Origin: Candidatus Saccharimonadales bacterium
Lineage (GTDB): Bacteria; Patescibacteriota; Saccharimonadia; Saccharimonadales; UBA4665
Reading direction: 5' to 3'
DNA: 64,000 nt
Assembly: GCA_035946175.1 (NCBI GenBank)
Contig: DASYZQ010000008.1
Coordinates: forward strand, 1,177-65,176
Under the pieces are notes generated by a model. That model ran no database searches. It was not told the origin of the DNA and was given only the letters and a program-made list of their open reading frames with translations. A program made the translations under genes and the position numbers. Positions 18,222-28,855 of this stretch are shown piece after piece; within the stretch, counting starts at the first letter, position 1; every line of letters begins with the position of its first letter.

Positions 18222-19330
18222 ATATACTCTGGCTGACCTGGAAGGATCATCAGCACCCGGAAGCCGGCGGCGCCGAAGTGGTTTTGCGGCAACTATCCTG
18301 GCGGCTGCGTCAGGATGGGCATCACGTGACTTGGCTCACTTGCGGTTATCCGGGCGCGCCGGCTCGGCAGCAACTGGAAGGCATCGATATTATCCGGGTA
18401 GGCTCAAACCGATACCTGCATTCGTTTCAGGCACTAGCATACTATCTGAAAAATCTCCGGGGAAAATATGATGTCATCATTGAAGTTGTCAATACGGCGC
18501 CCTATTTCGGGGTATTTTTCGGCGGGAAGGCCCGCGGCTTTTTATTCTACCACCAGCTGGCTCGTGGGATATGGTTCTATGAGACAAAACCGCCATTGAG
18601 CCAGTTTGGTTACTTCGTGTTCGAACCGCTCGCAACTCGGCTTCTGAGCCGGGCACCAGTGAAAGTCATTACTGTATCGGAAAGTACCCGCGCTGATCTT
18701 ATACACTATGGCTTTCGGCCCCAGAACATCAACATCATATCCGAAGGCTTTGAGAGTAAACCAGCGGCCCGCCTGAATGCTATAAAGTTCCCGCAACCAA
18801 CCATCCTATCTTTTGGAGCAATTCGCAGCATGAAGCGCACCATGGATCAAATCGAAGCATTTGAACTGGCTAAAAAGCGCCTGCCGGATTTACAGCTGAT
18901 CGTCGCCGGTAATGCCGCCGGGCCCTACGGGCAACAGGTGTTGGCTCGCATCCGGTCCAGCCCGTTCGCTGCCGACATACAGTACCTAGGTAAAATCAAT
19001 GATGCCGAGAAATTCCGCCTCATGCGCCGCGTACATGCAACCATGCAAACGGCCCTGAAAGAGGGGTGGGGCATTACCATTATCGAGGCAGCTTCTCAAG
19101 GCACACCGGCTGTCGTCTATGACGTCGACGGGCTGCGTGACAGCGTCAAACATAGACAGACAGGTCTTGTTACAGAGCCAAAGCCAGCTGCACTGGCAAA
19201 GGCTATTGTTGAATTGCTTACAGATAGCATGCTCTACCAACGTCTGCGCCGAGCTGGCTGGCAGTGGAGCAAACAGCTTACGTTCGACCGTTCCTATGAA
19301 CAGCTAAAGACAATTCTGGAGGTCCCATGA
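18218..19330 (+). CDS. GT4 (GT-B) glycosyltransferase
   Basis: EGWGITIIEAASQGTPAV is an E-x7-E region. The GTG start overlaps the upstream stop. Confidence 0.85.
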   Translation: MNILWLTWKDHQHPEAGGAEVVLRQLSWRLRQDGHHVTWLTCGYPGAPARQQLEGIDIIRVGSNRYLHSFQALAYYLKNLRGKYDVIIEVVNTAPYFGVFFGGKARGFLFYHQLARGIWFYETKPPLSQFGYFVFEPLATRLLSRAPVKVITVSESTRADLIHYGFRPQNINIISEGFESKPAARLNAIKFPQPTILSFGAIRSMKRTMDQIEAFELAKKRLPDLQLIVAGNAAGPYGQQVLARIRSSPFAADIQYLGKINDAEKFRLMRRVHATMQTALKEGWGITIIEAASQGTPAVVYDVDGLRDSVKHRQTGLVTEPKPAALAKAIVELLTDSMLYQRLRRAGWQWSKQLTFDRSYEQLKTILEVP

Positions 19331-20166
19331 AACAGCCGCTCGTTAGCGTCATCGTCACGACGCGTAATAATGAATCGACTCTGGAGGCGTGTCTACGCTC
19401 TATCGCCACGCAAAGCTACAATCCGATTGAACTTATTGTCGTAGATAATTTTTCGACCGACCAGACCATTGCAATAGCCCGAGGCTACACTACGCGAGTT
19501 TTCCAACGCGGACCGGAACGAACCGCCCAGCGTAATTTCGCCGTAGGGCAAGCTAAAGGCAGCTATGTGCTGATCGTGGACTCGGACATGGAATTGAACA
19601 AATCGGTTGTCTCGGCCTGCGTCCAAACCGTCCAAACCACTCCTCATACTCAGGCTGTTATTATTCCTGAGGAGTCGTTTGGCGAAGGTTTCTGGGCGCA
19701 ATGTAAACGCTTAGAGCGATCCTTCTATGTTGGCGTTGACGCCATTGAAGCTGCCCGATTTTTCGCCCGGTCACTCTATAAACAGTTGGGTGGTTATAGC
19801 GAGGCATTTTTTGCTGGCGAGGACTGGGATTTATCACGCCGGGCAGCAAAGCTGACCAACATAACCCGTGTTGACGAATACATCCGGCATAATGAGGGCC
19901 ATCCTCACTTTAGCTCAACTGTGCACAAAAAATATTTCTATGCCAAGCAGGCACGTGCCTTCTTTTCGGCCAATCCGAACAGCTCGGCATTGACCGATCA
20001 GTCAGGACCGCTAGCTCGTTATCGGCTATTTTTCTCAAACCCAGCCAAACTTTTTAAAAATCCCATACTGGGTGCGAGCATGCTGCTTCTTAAAACGTGC
20101 GAGTTCGGCGGTGGCGCCTTAGGCTATCTAACCAGTCGGGAGAAAGCGGGGGCAGCCAATGAATAG
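19327..20166 (+). CDS. GT2 glycosyltransferase
   Basis: VSVIVTTRNNE and IVDSDM (DxD) motifs. ATGA overlap with the upstream gene. Confidence 0.85.
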   Translation: MKQPLVSVIVTTRNNESTLEACLRSIATQSYNPIELIVVDNFSTDQTIAIARGYTTRVFQRGPERTAQRNFAVGQAKGSYVLIVDSDMELNKSVVSACVQTVQTTPHTQAVIIPEESFGEGFWAQCKRLERSFYVGVDAIEAARFFARSLYKQLGGYSEAFFAGEDWDLSRRAAKLTNITRVDEYIRHNEGHPHFSSTVHKKYFYAKQARAFFSANPNSSALTDQSGPLARYRLFFSNPAKLFKNPILGASMLLLKTCEFGGGALGYLTSREKAGAANE

Positions 20167-21088
20167 GCCGTTGGTAAGCATCATCATACCCACATACAGA
20201 CGACAGACGGCACTGCAGCGATTATTACGTTCAGTCACCGACTCAGACTACCCCAAAGAATCAATAGAGGTAGTCATCGTCGACAACGGCCGAGAGGAGA
20301 CGCTACAGCCAGCTCTCGAATCAGTCTATAAACCACTGCGTATCATTACTCCCCCGGAAAATCTCTTTTCCAACCCGGCGCGCCGGATGGGCGCAGCCGT
20401 AGCACTCGGCACATACGTGTTTCTGCTAGATGACGATAACACGCTGGATCCCCAGTGCCTATTGGCTCTAATCAACACGCTGGAAAACAATCCAGATATC
20501 GGTGCGGTAGGACCGCTCATGCTGGAAGGAGACAGTGAGAAAATTTGGTGCGCCGGGGCCCGCGTTTCGCGTCTAGGAACCACGCATCATCTCTATCAGG
20601 GTGAACAGCTTCGGCCCGGGCAGTTGCCTGACGTTATTACGGACATCGACTACTTTCCCAACGCTTGTATGGTTCGCCGAACTGTACTGCAAGCAGTACC
20701 GCTTGACGAAGTCAATTTCCCCCATAATTGGGCTGAGATCGATTTCGGCTTGCGGATCCGCCAGGCGGGCTACCAGATTGCCTGCATCACACACGCCATC
20801 GACCATCACCACATCGGTTATGGTGGCAGCCTGACCCGGCTCGGTAGCACCAAGACATATGATCAGGCAAAGTCCCGACTACTTTTTCGCAAACGTCATA
20901 AGGCCGGTGTCAGCGACTGGATGATTTTTTGGTTGCTTATCTTTCCGGCTTCCTCGGCTGTCTATGTCTGGCACATCATGCGGCTGACTGATCATCGGTT
21001 GAGCGTGCTGAATGCATATGCCCGGGGTACCATGGATGGGCTGCGGCAGCCACTGGAGACAATACCTCAGCTTGGAGAAGGGATATGA
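20159..21088 (+). CDS. GT2 glycosyltransferase
   Basis: VSIIIPTYRR and LLDDDN motifs. 8-nt overlap with the upstream gene. Confidence 0.85.
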   Translation: MNRPLVSIIIPTYRRQTALQRLLRSVTDSDYPKESIEVVIVDNGREETLQPALESVYKPLRIITPPENLFSNPARRMGAAVALGTYVFLLDDDNTLDPQCLLALINTLENNPDIGAVGPLMLEGDSEKIWCAGARVSRLGTTHHLYQGEQLRPGQLPDVITDIDYFPNACMVRRTVLQAVPLDEVNFPHNWAEIDFGLRIRQAGYQIACITHAIDHHHIGYGGSLTRLGSTKTYDQAKSRLLFRKRHKAGVSDWMIFWLLIFPASSAVYVWHIMRLTDHRLSVLNAYARGTMDGLRQPLETIPQLGEGI

Positions 21089-22353
21089 AGATACTCTTTT
21101 TACCAGCCCACTATGTCTTCGATGATCACCAATATGGAACGGAACCGGACCATGCCTATAACATCGTCAACCGTATCGCTTCTCTCCACCCCGATTCATT
21201 AGTCGTCACCGGCCGGAAAAATATATTGAAAGCGACAAACTATCGGATTATGGAACTACAGCCCCATAAGGCCGGCTTCAATATGTCGTTTCAAAACGCG
21301 CTGATATTCAATATTCGCTATACCGTGGCTATGGTACGCATCCTACGGAAAGAACAGTTTGACCTCATCCACCATGTCCGACCTTTCGAGCTTGGCTCAA
21401 CGTTTAATATGGCCATACTGCTCGGCGTTCACAAAAGAGTCCCCTTTGTCGTTGGTTCTTTCTGCTCACCGTATGCCAAAGGGAAAGCAGATCCCGCTAA
21501 TTACGATAAGCCCCAAAATCGAATCAAGAAACTTGCCGGAACAGCTCTGGGTCAGCTGATAAGTCTGGGGCTGGGACCGCTCTGCACGGCAACGCTTAAA
21601 AAGGCGGACGCCATTTTTGTCGTTAATCGACATACCCGCGAGCTGGTACTAGGTCGATCCCCTCAGAGCCGGATCGTTATTATGCCGCCAGGTAAGGACA
21701 GGGATACATACCGCTATAATGCCCACAAAAAGTATCACCGGGATAAGCTCACCTTCATCTCCGTCGGTAATCTCATACCACGCAAAGGTTTTGATCAACT
21801 CATCGCAGCTTTCGGCAACGTTGCCGCCAACTATCCGGAAGCTCGGCTGTTGATTGTCGGTGGTGGTTTTGCTGCAGACATGTTGCAGGATGATGCCAGA
21901 CGCCACGGGGTGGCCAAACAGGTTATTTTCACCGGCCGGATGGCAAACAGCGACATGCCGGCATTATACGCCCAGGCGGATATATATGCCGCTATGCCTA
22001 TCGAGGAGGCCTTCGGCCATACCTACATAGAAGCCATGGCATCAGGCCTGCCGATAATCGCCACGGCAACAATCGGGGCAACTGAGATTATCGGCGGCGA
22101 GCCGTTCGGCAAGCTCATTACCTGTGGCGACACTACGGCTATGGCCGCTCATATGGGACATTTTCTGCGTCATCCCAAGACGATTCCTCGGCTGGCTCGC
22201 CTTGCTAGGGCCAAATTTGAAAAGTACTATGCCTGGAGCGGTATCATTCCGCGCTACCTTGAAACCTATCAAGCCGTATTGGATAAGCGGATAACGCCGG
22301 ACCAGCTGCCAATCAAAGCACCGCTATCAGTAGAGGGCGAGCTACCAAATTAA
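21085..22353 (+). CDS. GT4 glycosyltransferase
   Basis: EAFGHTYIEAMASGLPII motif. ATGA overlap with the upstream gene. Confidence 0.85.
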   Translation: MKILFLPAHYVFDDHQYGTEPDHAYNIVNRIASLHPDSLVVTGRKNILKATNYRIMELQPHKAGFNMSFQNALIFNIRYTVAMVRILRKEQFDLIHHVRPFELGSTFNMAILLGVHKRVPFVVGSFCSPYAKGKADPANYDKPQNRIKKLAGTALGQLISLGLGPLCTATLKKADAIFVVNRHTRELVLGRSPQSRIVIMPPGKDRDTYRYNAHKKYHRDKLTFISVGNLIPRKGFDQLIAAFGNVAANYPEARLLIVGGGFAADMLQDDARRHGVAKQVIFTGRMANSDMPALYAQADIYAAMPIEEAFGHTYIEAMASGLPIIATATIGATEIIGGEPFGKLITCGDTTAMAAHMGHFLRHPKTIPRLARLARAKFEKYYAWSGIIPRYLETYQAVLDKRITPDQLPIKAPLSVEGELPN

Positions 22354-25300
22354 TGTTCCCCTTAGATCGCGGCGGGCGGAAGCAGATACCGTTAGCTATG
22401 GCCATACTTGAAAGACCACAGTGGCAGCACAGCATTGAACGTATAACAACAATCCGGCACCGTCTCAACTGGTGGCTGATGGGCGGGCTACTGATTGCCA
22501 TAGCGACTCACGCCAATTGGATCTTCGGACATGGTATCTTGAGCTATGAAGATTGGAGCTATATCTACCCTCGAGCGCTTAAAGAATTATTCGCTCTACC
22601 GTATGCCTGGGACCCAAAGGGGCTTGGACAGCTCAACTTAACCGCAGCAGTCTATCCACTCAATCTCGTCGCAGGATTGTTGGCCCACCTCGGCGCAACC
22701 TACGCCACCACCGAACGGCTGACATTCATGTGGCCGACCTTAATAGCTGGTTTCGCCAGCCCATTTTATCTGATTCGCTATCTCACCAAGTCCAACAAAG
22801 CCGGCTTCATTGCCGGGCTGATCTACCAATACAATGTCATTAGCCTACTGGAGCAGACTCAACACCTTACCATATTCGGCGCGGAAGCCTTTGCGCCATT
22901 GGCTTTGCTCTTTCTGATACGGGCCTTTCGCGAACGAACGGCCGTTGATGTAGCCAAAGCCGGGCTATTCGGCTTCGTGGTGTGCTGGTATGACTTCCGT
23001 ATTTTTTATATCTTGTCTCTTATAGTCATCCCGTTCGCCGGCTTAGAGCTACTACGAGGTGTCTATTCACTACGATCATGGATATTACGTACACTGACAG
23101 TGCTTGGTGGGTTGCTGGTAACGATGCTACTCAATACCTTCTGGTTCATCGCGGTAGGCCTTGGCGGGCAGGTAAGCTCGAATGCAATTTTCAATCGTGG
23201 TCTATTTGGCTATCAGTACCTGAGTCTGATGAATGCCCTGGCACTCTATCACTCTTTTTGGACCACGATCGGGCCCCAGTGGTTTACCATTCACTCACCC
23301 AGCCTCTATTTTTGGATACTGCCGTGCCTGGCGGTTTATGCCATCATCTCAGCACGCGATAAATTCACTGTGCTTTTGTTTGCCACGTTGGGGCTTATCG
23401 GCATCTTTTTGACCAAGGAAATAGCCGTTCCGTTCGGAGAAGTCTATCTATGGTTGTTCGGCCATCTGCCCGGCTTCAACGCATTTCGGGACGCCAGTAA
23501 GTTCTACTTCCTTATATCGCTCAGCTACGCCGGGCTTATCGGCAGCCTATTTGCCAACCACCTATCGAAAAGAACTACACGCCGCTACTTCAATAGCACT
23601 TATCTACTGCTTGCGCTGATCGTCCTTGTACTGGGGGCCAATCTTTTACCACTGGCAAGGGGTTACATGGGTTCGCTCTTCGTCACCCGGCACATACCCA
23701 ATGACTACCAGATCATTTCGCAAAAATTACTTCAAAATAACTCCTACTTCCGGACTCTTTGGGTCCCGCAGCCGTCGCGCTGGTCCGAATACAACCTGCT
23801 GCACCCGCAGCTCAGTCTTGCCGGACTCGACCAGAACTACATTGATCCGAACCCCACTCCGGCCATTTTTCCCACCGGTTCAAGCCAACTTATGGCCTCG
23901 GGAGACTTTGCCCATCTCCTATCCGCAGCCTCTGTCCGTTATGTCATCGTACCACTACGCGACACCGCTAACGATGATGATTTCTTTCCGTCATATGGTA
24001 ACGACCGCCAGTATTTCATTAACGCCCTGAATAACCTCGGCTTCCTAAGGCGTATCAATATTGGCACGAAACAGCTCGTAGTGTATGAAAATACCACATT
24101 TCGGCCCTATGTAACTACTGATAGCTCGATTACAGATATACCACTAAGCTCGGAGATCCCTTCGCTGTGGCCGCTTGTAAGTCGTAGCAGCCCTGATTTT
24201 GCAGTCTCAGGCACCGCCAACCCTCAAGATGGATCGATTCGGCCGCTGTTTGATGCCCAGATGGGTAATCCGGATCAGACCAGCGGGCTGCAGGAGCGCA
24301 CCCAGCTGCCAGCCAATAGCTACCTATACACTGTCCCGACCGCTCGTGATATCACATACCAGATAGTCAAGGGAGGCCTCCAGTTTTCGGATATGGCGGC
24401 AGGCGGGGCGCTGACAATGAATGGTACGGCGATTGATACGATACATCCGTCCCTGCCAAAACTGAACCCCATTCCACTAAGCCCGAAGAGCACCTATTTC
24501 GTCGGAGCCGGCTCAAGTTTGCAGCCAATTGATCTAAGCAGCACAAAACAGCAGTATATCGGCAACGTCAGTGGGCCAATAATGCTTTACAGTAGCGATA
24601 CTGCCAATCTGCTACCGGATGCGTCATTTGAATCGGGCCTCTGGCAAAAGACCGTCGGTGACTGCAATAACTATGATAATGAGTCCATTATTGCCATGTC
24701 TCTCAGCAACCAAGCCACCGATGGTAACCATGCGCTGGAACTCGATTCGCTCAAACATACAGCCTGCACCGAAGAGCAGGCGATAGGACTCAGCGCCAAT
24801 CAAACCTACTTGTTTCGTTTCGACTACGAGAATCAGGGCGGGCAAAAGGTCGGTTATAAGATATACTTCAACGATCCGGCACATACGACGATCAGTCAAG
24901 ATTTGCCAACTAACGGCCTACACTGGCGAACGCTGTTGCGAAGCATTACTATCCCCGCAGAGGCAACTACGCTCAGGTTGCAAGTATTCGGCTATCCTGA
25001 CAGCAACGGCCGGTACAACTCGCAGAGTTTTTATGATAACTTCCGCTTGAATCGGCTCTCCCCACTACTGAACCTGCCAGGAGTGAGCGGCACTAGCGGT
25101 ATGACCAAACTGTCAGCCGAGCCTGTTGAATTCAGCTTTCACAATCAGAACTACTCGAGTCAAAATCTTATCCCCAATGGCTCATTTAGCCACGGCCTCT
25201 GGCAAAAGACCGTCGGTGACTGCAATAACTATGACGCAAACCCCCAGATAAGTATGAGACTCTATAACGGTGCAATGGAGCTGGCTGCCACGCGCCATAC

Positions 25301-26090
25301 CGCCTGCAGTGGGGTACAAGCGCTGCCAGTGAACGCTAACGCCACATATCTGCTCAGTTTCGATTACCAGAGCCCCGATAATGCCAATGCCAGTTACAAC
25401 GTCAGCTATGACGACCCGCGCCAGACAGCACTCACCAATCAGTTAGCAGTCTCTAATAGCAACTGGCGGCATTACGCCGCCACCCTCACGGTGCCCAGCG
25501 GGGCATCAACCATATCATTGACAGCCTACGCCGCCCCACACAGCTATGGTAATCTGCAATCGATCATCCGATATAACCATTTTCGTCTAGTGCACGTGCC
25601 GCCAGTATTCAGTCGCTACTACCTCGTAACCAAGCCAGCTGCCCAGACCGCGCTACCACAACATGTCAGCTACCATATTGACAGCCCGACCAAAAATATC
25701 ATTCGAGTCACCGGCGCAAGTTCACCATTCTATCTAAACTTAAGCGAGGCCTACGATCCGCATTGGCAATTAGTGCTCGATAACACTGCTGTCCAAGGAG
25801 CCGATGGTTGGCTGCCATTGGGCCACCCGACTATAGTTCGCGATCATTACGAGCTGAACGACTTCATGAACAGCTGGCGGATTGACCCCACGCAGCTCTG
25901 CGACGCGGCGACGGCTGGCTGTCAGCAGGAGGCTAACGGCTCGTATGATCTGACACTGATCGCCGATTTTACGCCTCAGCATTGGAATGACGCCGGGCTA
26001 CTTATTAGTTCAACCTTCTTGCTGGTTATAGTCATCTACCTACTGAGATCTAAAAAACCGTCAACAAGGACGTACCGGGCACGCCTATGA
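22353..26090 (+). CDS. 1245-aa polytopic (GT-C/AftD-like?) membrane protein with two CBM4_9-like modules and a C-terminal TM anchor
   Basis: About 13 TM segments in the first ~430 aa. The module pair DASFESGLWQKTVGDCNNYD / PNGSFSHGLWQKTVGDCNNYD is duplicated. A terminal hydrophobic helix is present. Confidence 0.65.
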   Translation: MFPLDRGGRKQIPLAMAILERPQWQHSIERITTIRHRLNWWLMGGLLIAIATHANWIFGHGILSYEDWSYIYPRALKELFALPYAWDPKGLGQLNLTAAVYPLNLVAGLLAHLGATYATTERLTFMWPTLIAGFASPFYLIRYLTKSNKAGFIAGLIYQYNVISLLEQTQHLTIFGAEAFAPLALLFLIRAFRERTAVDVAKAGLFGFVVCWYDFRIFYILSLIVIPFAGLELLRGVYSLRSWILRTLTVLGGLLVTMLLNTFWFIAVGLGGQVSSNAIFNRGLFGYQYLSLMNALALYHSFWTTIGPQWFTIHSPSLYFWILPCLAVYAIISARDKFTVLLFATLGLIGIFLTKEIAVPFGEVYLWLFGHLPGFNAFRDASKFYFLISLSYAGLIGSLFANHLSKRTTRRYFNSTYLLLALIVLVLGANLLPLARGYMGSLFVTRHIPNDYQIISQKLLQNNSYFRTLWVPQPSRWSEYNLLHPQLSLAGLDQNYIDPNPTPAIFPTGSSQLMASGDFAHLLSAASVRYVIVPLRDTANDDDFFPSYGNDRQYFINALNNLGFLRRINIGTKQLVVYENTTFRPYVTTDSSITDIPLSSEIPSLWPLVSRSSPDFAVSGTANPQDGSIRPLFDAQMGNPDQTSGLQERTQLPANSYLYTVPTARDITYQIVKGGLQFSDMAAGGALTMNGTAIDTIHPSLPKLNPIPLSPKSTYFVGAGSSLQPIDLSSTKQQYIGNVSGPIMLYSSDTANLLPDASFESGLWQKTVGDCNNYDNESIIAMSLSNQATDGNHALELDSLKHTACTEEQAIGLSANQTYLFRFDYENQGGQKVGYKIYFNDPAHTTISQDLPTNGLHWRTLLRSITIPAEATTLRLQVFGYPDSNGRYNSQSFYDNFRLNRLSPLLNLPGVSGTSGMTKLSAEPVEFSFHNQNYSSQNLIPNGSFSHGLWQKTVGDCNNYDANPQISMRLYNGAMELAATRHTACSGVQALPVNANATYLLSFDYQSPDNANASYNVSYDDPRQTALTNQLAVSNSNWRHYAATLTVPSGASTISLTAYAAPHSYGNLQSIIRYNHFRLVHVPPVFSRYYLVTKPAAQTALPQHVSYHIDSPTKNIIRVTGASSPFYLNLSEAYDPHWQLVLDNTAVQGADGWLPLGHPTIVRDHYELNDFMNSWRIDPTQLCDAATAGCQQEANGSYDLTLIADFTPQHWNDAGLLISSTFLLVIVIYLLRSKKPSTRTYRARL
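24636..24676. repeat. 41-nt exact repeat, copy A
   Basis: GGCCTCTGGCAAAAGACCGTCGGTGACTGCAATAACTATGA, identical to 25194..25234 (offset 558 nt, in frame). Confidence 0.95.
25194..25234. repeat. 41-nt exact repeat, copy B
   Basis: Identical to 24636..24676. Confidence 0.95.
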
Positions 26091-27754
26091 AACGAAAACA
26101 TTTCTGGCAGCGAGTAGGGAAGCACGACGGTGCAATCTACGGATTCTACAGCCTCATAGCGCTAGGTGTACTACTGCCGTTACTGCAGCCCGGCTTTGTA
26201 CTGACGCTTGATATGGTATTCACACCGACCATCCGCATGCCGGCTGCAATGAGTAATACTTATCTGTTTGCCACTACGCTGCATCTGCTTAACCGTCTAG
26301 TGGCGAGTGATGTACTTGAGAAGTTGCTGCTACTGCTGATCATCTGGTTGGCTGGTGTCGGTATGCATCGCCTGGTACGGAGTTTAGCCACGCAGCCCTC
26401 CGACCACCTGCAGACGGTAAGCGCCTACTTCGCCGGCCTGTTATATGCAGTGAATCCTTTCAGCTATGAGCGTTTTATGGCCGGACAGTATGAACTGCTC
26501 CTTGGTTACGCATTACTGCCCTGGTTCGTGAACAGCCTACTGGACTGGCTCAGCAGACCGACCCGCAAGTCAACAATTATACTCAGTGCTTGGGCGATAG
26601 GCATCAGTATAGTATCAATCCATGCTGTCGGCTTTATGGTGCTTCTAAGCGTCATTGGGCTCATGGTAAAGCTATGGCAGCAGCGCCACAGCCCAGATGT
26701 TGTCTGGAGGCTGACCCAGGCTACAGCCGGATTGATCTGCTTATACCTCATTGCCAGCAGCTACTGGTTGGTACCGCTACTGCTTGGCCATGGCAAGTCA
26801 GCTTCGGTGATTTCCAGCTTTACCACGAGTGACCAGACCGCCTTTGCAACCATCGGCAGAAACAGTATCGAAAAAATAGGTAATGTGTTGCGCCTACAGG
26901 GCTTCTGGGCTGAAAACCGTAATCTATTCATTCTGCCACAGACGCATCTGCCTGTTTGGCGCCTAATTGGCACACTGCTCTGGGTTGTTATTGTCATCGG
27001 GGCTATGAGCCTCTGGCGCCATGGTCAAAAGCTGCTCGTTATATGCCTTGGGTTCACTAGTCTGCTGTCAATCATTTTGGCAATCGGCACATTCAATAGC
27101 TTTCTGGTGAGTCATATCCCACTATTCGCCGGCTACCGCGAACCGCAGAAGTTCGTAGCCCTGGTGGCTCTGGCTGACTGTGCGTTTGCCGGTCAAGGCT
27201 TTGCCGTTATCAGTGGCGCTATCTGCCGATATAGCGGCAGAATCTTAGGCTGGCTCGCTGCAGCAGCCCTGTTCGCTATTCCCGCTATCTGGGTCCATCC
27301 AATATGGTGGGGATTCGGCAGACAACTGATAGCCACTCAGTATCCCGGTGATTGGTACACCATGAATACCCGGCTTGATCGTGATCATAGCTCGTTTCGG
27401 ACCCTGTTCCTGCCGTGGCATCTGTATATGCCATTTGCGTTTGCCGGTCGAATCATCGCCAACCCGGCACCACAGTTTTTCGATAAACCTATACTCATCA
27501 GCAACGACCCGGAATTTGCCGGTGCCAGCGTCATACCTGACGTCCGAGCCTCCCGCCTCACCACCATCCTGATAGAAGCAGGCAATCAGGCCGATCTTGG
27601 TAAACAGCTAGCCGCCTATCATATCAAATATGTACTGCTGTCACTTGACTACGATTACCTGTCATATGGCTATCTTGACCGGCAGCCAAGTTTAAGGGTC
27701 ATAGCCCAGAGCACCAGTCTAAGATTATATCTAAACGAAGACTTCAGGGAGTAA
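26087..27754 (+). CDS. 555-aa polytopic membrane protein (possible glycan polymerase/transferase)
   Basis: About 12 TM segments plus a C-terminal soluble part. ATGA overlap with the upstream gene. Confidence 0.55.
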   Translation: MKRKHFWQRVGKHDGAIYGFYSLIALGVLLPLLQPGFVLTLDMVFTPTIRMPAAMSNTYLFATTLHLLNRLVASDVLEKLLLLLIIWLAGVGMHRLVRSLATQPSDHLQTVSAYFAGLLYAVNPFSYERFMAGQYELLLGYALLPWFVNSLLDWLSRPTRKSTIILSAWAIGISIVSIHAVGFMVLLSVIGLMVKLWQQRHSPDVVWRLTQATAGLICLYLIASSYWLVPLLLGHGKSASVISSFTTSDQTAFATIGRNSIEKIGNVLRLQGFWAENRNLFILPQTHLPVWRLIGTLLWVVIVIGAMSLWRHGQKLLVICLGFTSLLSIILAIGTFNSFLVSHIPLFAGYREPQKFVALVALADCAFAGQGFAVISGAICRYSGRILGWLAAAALFAIPAIWVHPIWWGFGRQLIATQYPGDWYTMNTRLDRDHSSFRTLFLPWHLYMPFAFAGRIIANPAPQFFDKPILISNDPEFAGASVIPDVRASRLTTILIEAGNQADLGKQLAAYHIKYVLLSLDYDYLSYGYLDRQPSLRVIAQSTSLRLYLNEDFRE

Positions 27755-27759
27755 AGCCT

Positions 27760-28320
27760 ATGCGCCAACGAGTCGATCCCTTCATACCAGTCCGCAAGCC
27801 CATGTCGCCGAGCCTTCAAGGGCCATACGGAACTCAGTACTTCGCCAAACGGCCGCTCAGCCCACCACGGTCAATGGATGGCATCCAGCAGCGACCGCCA
27901 GTAATTAGGCCACCACTGCGCCCAAGGCCATTGATGCCGATCAAGGCCCCGCTTGTCAAGCCGAAACCACCACAACCCAAACATCCAACCACTAAGCACC
28001 GCATTCAGCTCCGGCCCAAATTAACAAAAACGCCATTGCTGGTGTGGGCCATTGGAGCCGTCTGTTTCGGTCTGTTTATTCAATCACTCATTTTCGGGGA
28101 ACTCGCTATTGTCATATATATAGGACTTTCGTTATGGCGACGTATCTCCAGCAGCAAAACGTATATTCTGGCGCTCATTACACTAGTCACCACTGGTGTC
28201 AGCCTGGCAATTCACGGTGGTCCCACCATGCTCAGTAACAACTTCGCTGTTTACGCATTCCTACTACTTCTTGGCGGTACGCTCAGTCTAGCCCGGGAGG
28301 TGCGTCATGAAAATCAATGA
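27760..28320 (+). CDS. Pro/Lys-rich N-terminus plus 3-TM membrane protein
   Basis: 186 aa. SD AGGGAG is present and the gene sits last in the co-directional block. Confidence 0.5.
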   Translation: MRQRVDPFIPVRKPMSPSLQGPYGTQYFAKRPLSPPRSMDGIQQRPPVIRPPLRPRPLMPIKAPLVKPKPPQPKHPTTKHRIQLRPKLTKTPLLVWAIGAVCFGLFIQSLIFGELAIVIYIGLSLWRRISSSKTYILALITLVTTGVSLAIHGGPTMLSNNFAVYAFLLLLGGTLSLAREVRHENQ

Positions 28321-28476
28321 TCTACAGCAAATATCCATAGTAGTATTTACATCAAATAGCCCATACAACAGGTTGGGCATCGTTTGCTGTGGATAATAAC
28401 TGTCCATTCGATTTGTGCCCTCTAAAACGCTTATAGTAAAATAAAACCTTGTGCAATTAACGAAAGGGGGAAGCCA

Positions 28477-28830
28477 ATGAATATAAAATCCCAAACGTTA
28501 ACAGCAAAGCACCTCTTGGGCAAAAAGCTCATGGTAAGTGGGATTGCGGTCGCGACGACAGCGTTCGTCGGGTTAGGAGGAGTTGCCGCCGCGCAATCGG
28601 TGAATGCTCCAGAATCGGCTACACCAGCAATTGTGGCGGAATGTAAAAATCCTCAGTTCAGGCAAGCTCATAATTTTCCCAATGTAGGCAAGTGTGTCAG
28701 CACACTGGAACACACTATGGGCCATGGCCACGGTTACGGCAGCAATACAACCGTAAACGCGAACGTTAATGTGAACGTTAATGGTAGCCATGATTATGTA
28801 AGCGTCGTGCTCAACTTCTTCGGGCTTTAA
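28477..28830 (+). CDS. small secreted/anchored protein (signal-like helix, 2 Cys, GHGHGYG, NANVNVNVNG)
   Basis: SD AAGGGGGA 6 nt upstream, and a strong terminator follows. Confidence 0.55.
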   Translation: MNIKSQTLTAKHLLGKKLMVSGIAVATTAFVGLGGVAAAQSVNAPESATPAIVAECKNPQFRQAHNFPNVGKCVSTLEHTMGHGHGYGSNTTVNANVNVNVNGSHDYVSVVLNFFGL

Positions 28831-28855
28831 TAGTAAAATACCCCTAAGAAGTTTT

